From: Candidatus Hydrogenedentota bacterium
GTDB taxonomy: Bacteria > Hydrogenedentota > Hydrogenedentia > Hydrogenedentales > SLHB01
DNA length: 64,000 bases
Direction of reading: 5' to 3'
Assembly (NCBI GenBank): GCA_963745075.1
Contig: CAVUWV010000020.1
Coordinates: 32,001-96,000, forward strand
Both the position numbers and the translations under genes were made by a program. Position 1 is the first letter of the stretch. Every line of letters starts with the position of its first letter. Below the pieces are notes generated by a model, which saw only the letters and a list, made by a program, of their open reading frames with translations, was not told where the DNA came from and did no database searches. Of this stretch, positions 59,017 to 64,000 are shown in pieces.

Positions 59017-59610
59017 ACGGGTATCCTCCTCAATCTGCCTGAATCTGGCGAGATATGCGCTTGCAGCTATCGCACAACCTGGAGCACCAGCATAAAGCGA
59101 AACGGGAAAAAGTTCCAGTTTTCGGTCCCCGGAGTGCCGCGGGGCGGTTCGGTACCATCGCGTCGAAAGACCATCCCCGTCTGTCCCCGTCTTGACAAGT
59201 ACCAGGATTTGGGCCATCGTTCCAATAAAGCGCCGATTTGACCGACCCGCTTGCGGGCGCAATAGAAACGCGGCTAAAGCGAGACCAAAGAGATTGAGTC
59301 ACCCGCTTTGGCCGGCTCAGGCCTGAAGCGGGTTCTTATTTGCATTTTTGAATCATCGGAATTCATCACGAGAGGCGCGAGGGTACTGGCTCTGTGAACG
59401 CCCGGCAACCGAACCAAGTTGGTCGCGGGGCCACGGCCAGCCCGGGAAACCGGGAATGATGATGTATGCTCTTCTTCAAAGACTTCATCACCCCCTCCAT
59501 CGCGAGGGGCTTTTTCTTGCCTGCTCGCGGCGGTCCCAACCCTGGTCTTGGCTCCTGATGAACATTTGCAAGTCGGTATCATTGACGCAGAAGGTCGGAG
59601 GGAGGTTTGA

Positions 59611-60387
59611 ATGATCGGATCAATCGCGGGGGACACTATTGGATCCATTTACGAATCCCGCTCGTGGAAAAGCAAGGATTTCCCGTTGCTCGGCGACCTT
59701 TGCGCCTTTACGGACGACACGGTGCTGACCGTTGCCGTGGCTAAGGCCATTCTGGATGGTGCGCCGTGTCGGGAAGTCGTAAGGGATTTGGGCAGGAAAT
59801 ACCCTTACTGCGGCTACAGCAATGCGTTCAAGGAATGGCTATTCTTTGGGGATCGCGGGCCGTATCAGAGCTGCGGGAACGGTTCAGCGATGCGGGTGAG
59901 TCCCGTGGGATTTGCCTTCAACACGGAACAAGATGTCCTTGATGAGGCAACGAAAACCGCTGAGTTCACGCACGACCACCCCGAAGGAATCAAAGGGGCG
60001 CAGGCGACGGCGCTGATAATTCTTCGAGCACGAAATCGCGTATCCAAGGACGATATTCGTGCGGAGATCACTGACCGATTCACCTATGACTTGAGCAAGA
60101 CGGTCGACGAAGTCCGGCCGGATTACCGTTTCAACGGAACGTGTCAGGGCACTGTGCCGCAGGCCATCGTCGCATTCCTGGACTCGGAGTCCTATGAGGA
60201 TGCGGTCCGGAACGCGGTGTCGCTCGGAGGCGATGCGGACACGCTTGCCTGCATCACGGGCGGAATCGCCCAAGCGTTCTACGGCGGGGTACCCGACGAA
60301 ATCGTCCAGTGGACGAAGCAGCGTCTCAGTCCAGAGCTTCTGGAGATCACGGAAGCATTCTGCAAAAAGTTTGAAATCGCGATATAG
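59611..60387 (+). CDS. ADP-ribosylglycohydrolase (DraG/ARH family)
   Basis: GSIAGDTIGS.YE, FTDDT, S.GNGSAMRVSP, THDHPEG and SLGGDADT. Confidence 0.94.
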   Translation: MIGSIAGDTIGSIYESRSWKSKDFPLLGDLCAFTDDTVLTVAVAKAILDGAPCREVVRDLGRKYPYCGYSNAFKEWLFFGDRGPYQSCGNGSAMRVSPVGFAFNTEQDVLDEATKTAEFTHDHPEGIKGAQATALIILRARNRVSKDDIRAEITDRFTYDLSKTVDEVRPDYRFNGTCQGTVPQAIVAFLDSESYEDAVRNAVSLGGDADTLACITGGIAQAFYGGVPDEIVQWTKQRLSPELLEITEAFCKKFEIAI

Positions 60388-60491
60388 CCGACGACAAAGA
60401 CGAGTGCCCAGATTGATCGCTTCACCTGTCACGCCGAGGATCCCCAATACAAAACAGTGTGGGGAATCGTCGACATTATCTTCGCGTTCCG

Positions 60492-60767
60492 TCAACTTGG
60501 CCCCGACGTAATCCGGGAGTACACGCCGTCGACCGCGTAGCCGACGCCATTTTGTTGACAATGCGCTCGAAGGAGTTCGCCAAGCGCAATAACGCGTTCA
60601 CTTTCGTTCGTGGCGATCTCGACGACTACCATCGGCTCGCTTTCTCCCCTGAAATGACCGTTCTCCGAGTACGTCGTGAAGTTCTCGAAATGAGAGGAAA
60701 CGATTTGGACGACTTCACATTCGGGCGCTGCGACATAGAGGCGATGGAGTCTTCCGATCAACTGCAC
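60492..60767 (-). CDS. Small (91 aa) hypothetical protein, possibly ferredoxin/PII-like fold
   Basis: Strong AGGAGGT RBS before GTG; F.NFT...GHFRGESEP.VVVEI...L..HCQQ.GV pattern. Confidence 0.6.
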   Translation of the reverse strand: MQLIGRLHRLYVAAPECEVVQIVSSHFENFTTYSENGHFRGESEPMVVVEIATNESERVIALGELLRAHCQQNGVGYAVDGVYSRITSGPS

Positions 60768-61210
60768 TTGAATATTACCTCCTTTGCGGGAACCAAGGTC
60801 TGTTTGCGCATTCCAGGGCATAGCCTGACTCGCGTTAGCGTTGTATTCGAATCAACATCATGCGGATAACAAAACTAATTGACAAGTGTAGGGAACCATG
60901 CTAAGTGTGTCCAGCGCCGATTTGATCTTCAGCTTGCGGGCGCGTTAGAAATACTGGCTAAAGCGACGAACTTGGTTCGTAATAGACCCGCTTCAGTCAG
61001 GAATAGGCTGAAGCGGGTTTTTCTGTTGTACCGCTGCGCGCACTGCCGCGTGCGGAATGCTACCGATGACCGGCAGAAAGATTGTGGGGGTAGTAGAGCA
61101 AAGAGGAATCGAACGCGCAGGTCACAGGTTTTGGGATGGTTTCGGCTCGCAGTTTTCAAAGTCCTTATCTACCCAATGAACTTTACCGCGCGCTTCTGCC
61201 CGTGGCTATC

Positions 61211-61530
61211 CACCGTGGACGTTTCCAGGCAGCGGCTCTTGCTGTATCTCGACGGCGAAGCGATCGACGAACGTCCATACCCGCTACGCTGACCGGAAAA
61301 GCGTTTTCTGAGGCATGGGAGGTCTATCATCCGATGTTCAGAAAGGAGATGGGGAGCCTGTACGCTCCCCATCCCAACCCATCGTCTGATGAGCCTCACC
61401 GGGCTATCCCTCGGCGGGGTGCTCGCCAGCAAGAACCGCTTCCGTTTCACCCGGCACTGGCAGCTTATCATGCAAATACTGAACGATGTCCTGGCATATA
61501 TTTCACTGAACGATGTGGTGGCACTTGAGA
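61211..61530 (+). mobile_element. Possible remnant of an IS right end (transposase C-terminus plus subterminal repeats)
   Basis: TVDVSRQRLLLYLDGEAIDERPYPLR* followed by 19-bp direct repeats actgaacgatgtcctggca (61478) and actgaacgatgtggtggca (61505). Confidence 0.4.
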
Positions 61531-62074
61531 CTGATTGTCAGCGCGACGCTGACATCTCGGTCAGGTACGTTTGTTCCATTGTGCACAATCTTATCTTACG
61601 CTATTCTGAGAAAAGGCTTGATTGTGCGCTCTGCCCGGTCTGCACCTGTGCTCTGCAACCCCCCTCTAAATTTATCGCGTGATTTGGTCGCTAGTCCCGG
61701 AAGTCCATTTGCTTCTGAAAGGGTGGCGCGTACGTTCATATGCCATTGCCCATATTGTCGTACTGGTCACAAGGTACCAGCGAAGCTTGAAGGGTGGCCG
61801 GGCAAATGTGGGAGATGCGGAAAGGAAGTTCAATGGTATCCATAGAACACCTTAAGGGTGCATTCGCACTTAAATGGCTTCTCATGAATCGACACACGAC
61901 CGCACACTCGCGTGTCGCAGATGTCGACCCTTTGTCGTCTCGTCGTTTCTCCCAGAGGGATTCTCAGATTCGCGAAAGATAGACACGAGCGCTCCTATCA
62001 GGGCACTATAGCCGTCATTGGGGAAAATTGGCGCGACACCCTACGCGGGTGCCTGTCTGGCAGGAGCAATTCAC

Positions 62075-63613
62075 ATGCGCAGATACACCTATTCGTTTCT
62101 CGTTCCCGTGGTGCTGTTCCTGAGCGTGGCCGCGATCGCGGCAGCCGAAGAGAAGGCGGTCAATTGGCCGGAACGCATTCCCGCGAGCTATACGCCGAAA
62201 CCTGAACCCACCGAACTGGGCCCGGAAGAAGCGGCCGCCAAGGCCCTCGCGGAGAAGTTGGACACCCACGATCTGCTGTATACCGGAAAAGTCGTGGTGG
62301 ACAAGAGCCCGAAAATGCTGGAGCCGCCAGCCCGGGTCGCGGTGCACAACGGCGCCAAGTACGCGATGGCGGAGACTCCGCCGGAGATCGAATTCGGCGT
62401 CATTCCCGCGACGCCCCGCTGGTTTCCCGAACCGGTTGACGACCACCACCGGGCGATGTGGGCGAACTGGGGGCAGGCGATTTACTATCCGGTCAAAGGC
62501 ACGTTCTACTGCTCCGTCGGCGATAACGGCAGCTACAACGCTCATCTCTATATCTGCGAGTACGATCCCGCGACCAAGACCATGACCATGTCGCCGGAGG
62601 TTAACAAAGTCCTTGGACGCTCCGACAAGGTCTTCGGTGAAGGGAAGATTCACTGCAATTTGGTCTTTATGGACGGCCCGAACATTTGGTTCTGCACGTA
62701 CTGGTCCAAGTATCCCGAACCACACCCGGAGGATTGGGCGACGGGGTACATCGGCGGTCACGTGATGTCGTACAACGTGAATACGCACGAGTTCGTGGAC
62801 TACGGCGTGCCCATGCCGGGGGAGTCGTGGCCGTCGGCACGGCTCGATCCGAAACGACGCATGATCTACGCGGCGGGGTATTGGCCTAACTTTATGGCCT
62901 ATGACGTGGACGCGCGGCGGCCCATCTACGCAGGCCAGCTCCCCGAGGGGATGCAGTGGTCGAACCGTGTCATGATGATCGACGACAAGACCGGCATGCT
63001 CTACACGTCCAACCAGGATCCATCAGACCCCGAATGCAACTTAATCAAATACGACTACACGCAGAATCGCTTTACGTTGCTCGATGCGCCCATGCCGGCC
63101 GACGAGATCGGCGACGATCACAAGATCGCCGTGATGCGGGCGTGCACGCCGAAACGCGGTCCCGACGGATTGCTCCACGGGATCACGAGCAACGGTCAGG
63201 TCTTCTCGTTCAATCCGGATACGGAACAGATCGTCGATCTCGGCTACGGCTGGCCCGGCGAGGAGCGTTACACGGCGTCCATCGAACGCAGCCCGGGCGG
63301 GCGCTATCTCTATTACGCGCCGGGCGCTCACGGTCTCGGCTGCCGCGATGGTTCGCCGATCGTGCAGTACGACCTGAAGACCGGCAAACGGAAGGTGCTG
63401 GCCTTCGTCGCGCGCTATTACTGGGAGAAATACGGCTACGTGCCGAGTGGCTCATTCTCCATTAAATTGGACGACAAGGGTGAGCGGCTGTTCATCTGCT
63501 GGAACGGCGGCTATTTCAGCGAAGAAGCGGCCTTCGGAGAGAATCGCTCATCGTTGTTCAAGCACAACGCGATTATGTTGATTCATATCCCGGAGAGCGA
63601 GCGCAAGGAGTAG
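62075..63613 (+). CDS. Secreted hypothetical beta-propeller protein
   Basis: Signal peptide; repeated YD/FD blade-end motifs (EYDPAT, SYNV, AYDV, KYDY, FNPDT, QYDLKT); GKIH motif. Confidence 0.7.
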   Translation: MRRYTYSFLVPVVLFLSVAAIAAAEEKAVNWPERIPASYTPKPEPTELGPEEAAAKALAEKLDTHDLLYTGKVVVDKSPKMLEPPARVAVHNGAKYAMAETPPEIEFGVIPATPRWFPEPVDDHHRAMWANWGQAIYYPVKGTFYCSVGDNGSYNAHLYICEYDPATKTMTMSPEVNKVLGRSDKVFGEGKIHCNLVFMDGPNIWFCTYWSKYPEPHPEDWATGYIGGHVMSYNVNTHEFVDYGVPMPGESWPSARLDPKRRMIYAAGYWPNFMAYDVDARRPIYAGQLPEGMQWSNRVMMIDDKTGMLYTSNQDPSDPECNLIKYDYTQNRFTLLDAPMPADEIGDDHKIAVMRACTPKRGPDGLLHGITSNGQVFSFNPDTEQIVDLGYGWPGEERYTASIERSPGGRYLYYAPGAHGLGCRDGSPIVQYDLKTGKRKVLAFVARYYWEKYGYVPSGSFSIKLDDKGERLFICWNGGYFSEEAAFGENRSSLFKHNAIMLIHIPESERKE

Positions 63614-63688
63614 CGGCGAGATTGGTACAGTTGCTGCTTCCCCGGCTTTGTTGTTCGCCGACTGCGCATGGACAGAAACTGACCGCAA

Positions 63689-64000
63689 CTAAGATGGATT
63701 CCCGAACAGTGCCTCATGGATCACGTGCACATGTTCTTCCGGCGTTCGGGAGTCATAGGCTTCAAACCGGCTGAAGGTGCCCGGCCCGTGGGGTTGGGGG
63801 TCGCCCGACATGTCGTACGGCCCGGCAACGCCCGCCATCCAATCGTCCTTTGCGGCCCAGTGGGGTTCGTGGACCCGGTAACGGAAGACATAATACTGGG
63901 CAGGTTGCCCGGCCGCCGCCGTCGGCGAATCGACGGTTGCCATCAGTTCAATCTCATCCGGAACCGATGTCAATTCGTTGGGATGGGACAACCAGAATAC
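63689..64000 (-). CDS. C-terminus of a hypothetical protein, truncated by the window edge
   Basis: Open frame with YYVFRY..EPHWAAKDDWMAGVAGPY..TFSRFE, plausible protein composition. Confidence 0.6.
   Translation of the reverse strand, partial: VFWLSHPNELTSVPDEIELMATVDSPTAAAGQPAQYYVFRYRVHEPHWAAKDDWMAGVAGPYDMSGDPQPHGPGTFSRFEAYDSRTPEEHVHVIHEALFGNPS

Overview
GC-rich bacterial chromosomal window; the gene content (many Tat-exported Gfo/Idh/MocA oxidoreductases, sulfatases, DUF1080, DUF4838- and DUF6259-like proteins) resembles Hydrogenedentes/Planctomycete-like glycan degraders (inference only). From left to right: the end of a 2-oxoacid:ferredoxin oxidoreductase operon with an atypical HdrA-like flavoprotein; merR-like, hemF and an SSS symporter; a Wzx/Wzy-type surface polysaccharide cluster; an ABC exporter; a two-component cluster; a long glycan/sulfate catabolism region (2 sulfatases, DUF1080, GH106, GH28, FG-GAP propellers, SSS symporter, Gfo/Idh/MocA); tRNA-Arg(ACG); a ferritin-like DUF455-type protein; and a more AT-rich islet (ADP-ribosylglycohydrolase, small PII/SAM-lyase-like ORF, IS remnant). 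At least eight genes are broken by small indels, most likely assembly errors. The most unusual signal is a four-helix-bundle (IVS protein/Avd-like) gene lying antisense between two sulfatases, bracketed on both sides by inverted pairs of 9-bp tandem arrays. A gene-less copy of the same array pair lies about 6 kb away, and related 9-, 10- and 6-bp arrays sit in other intergenic spaces, which suggests a REP/RAYT-like repeat-plus-protein system. All product calls come from motif recognition by eye; no database searches were run.
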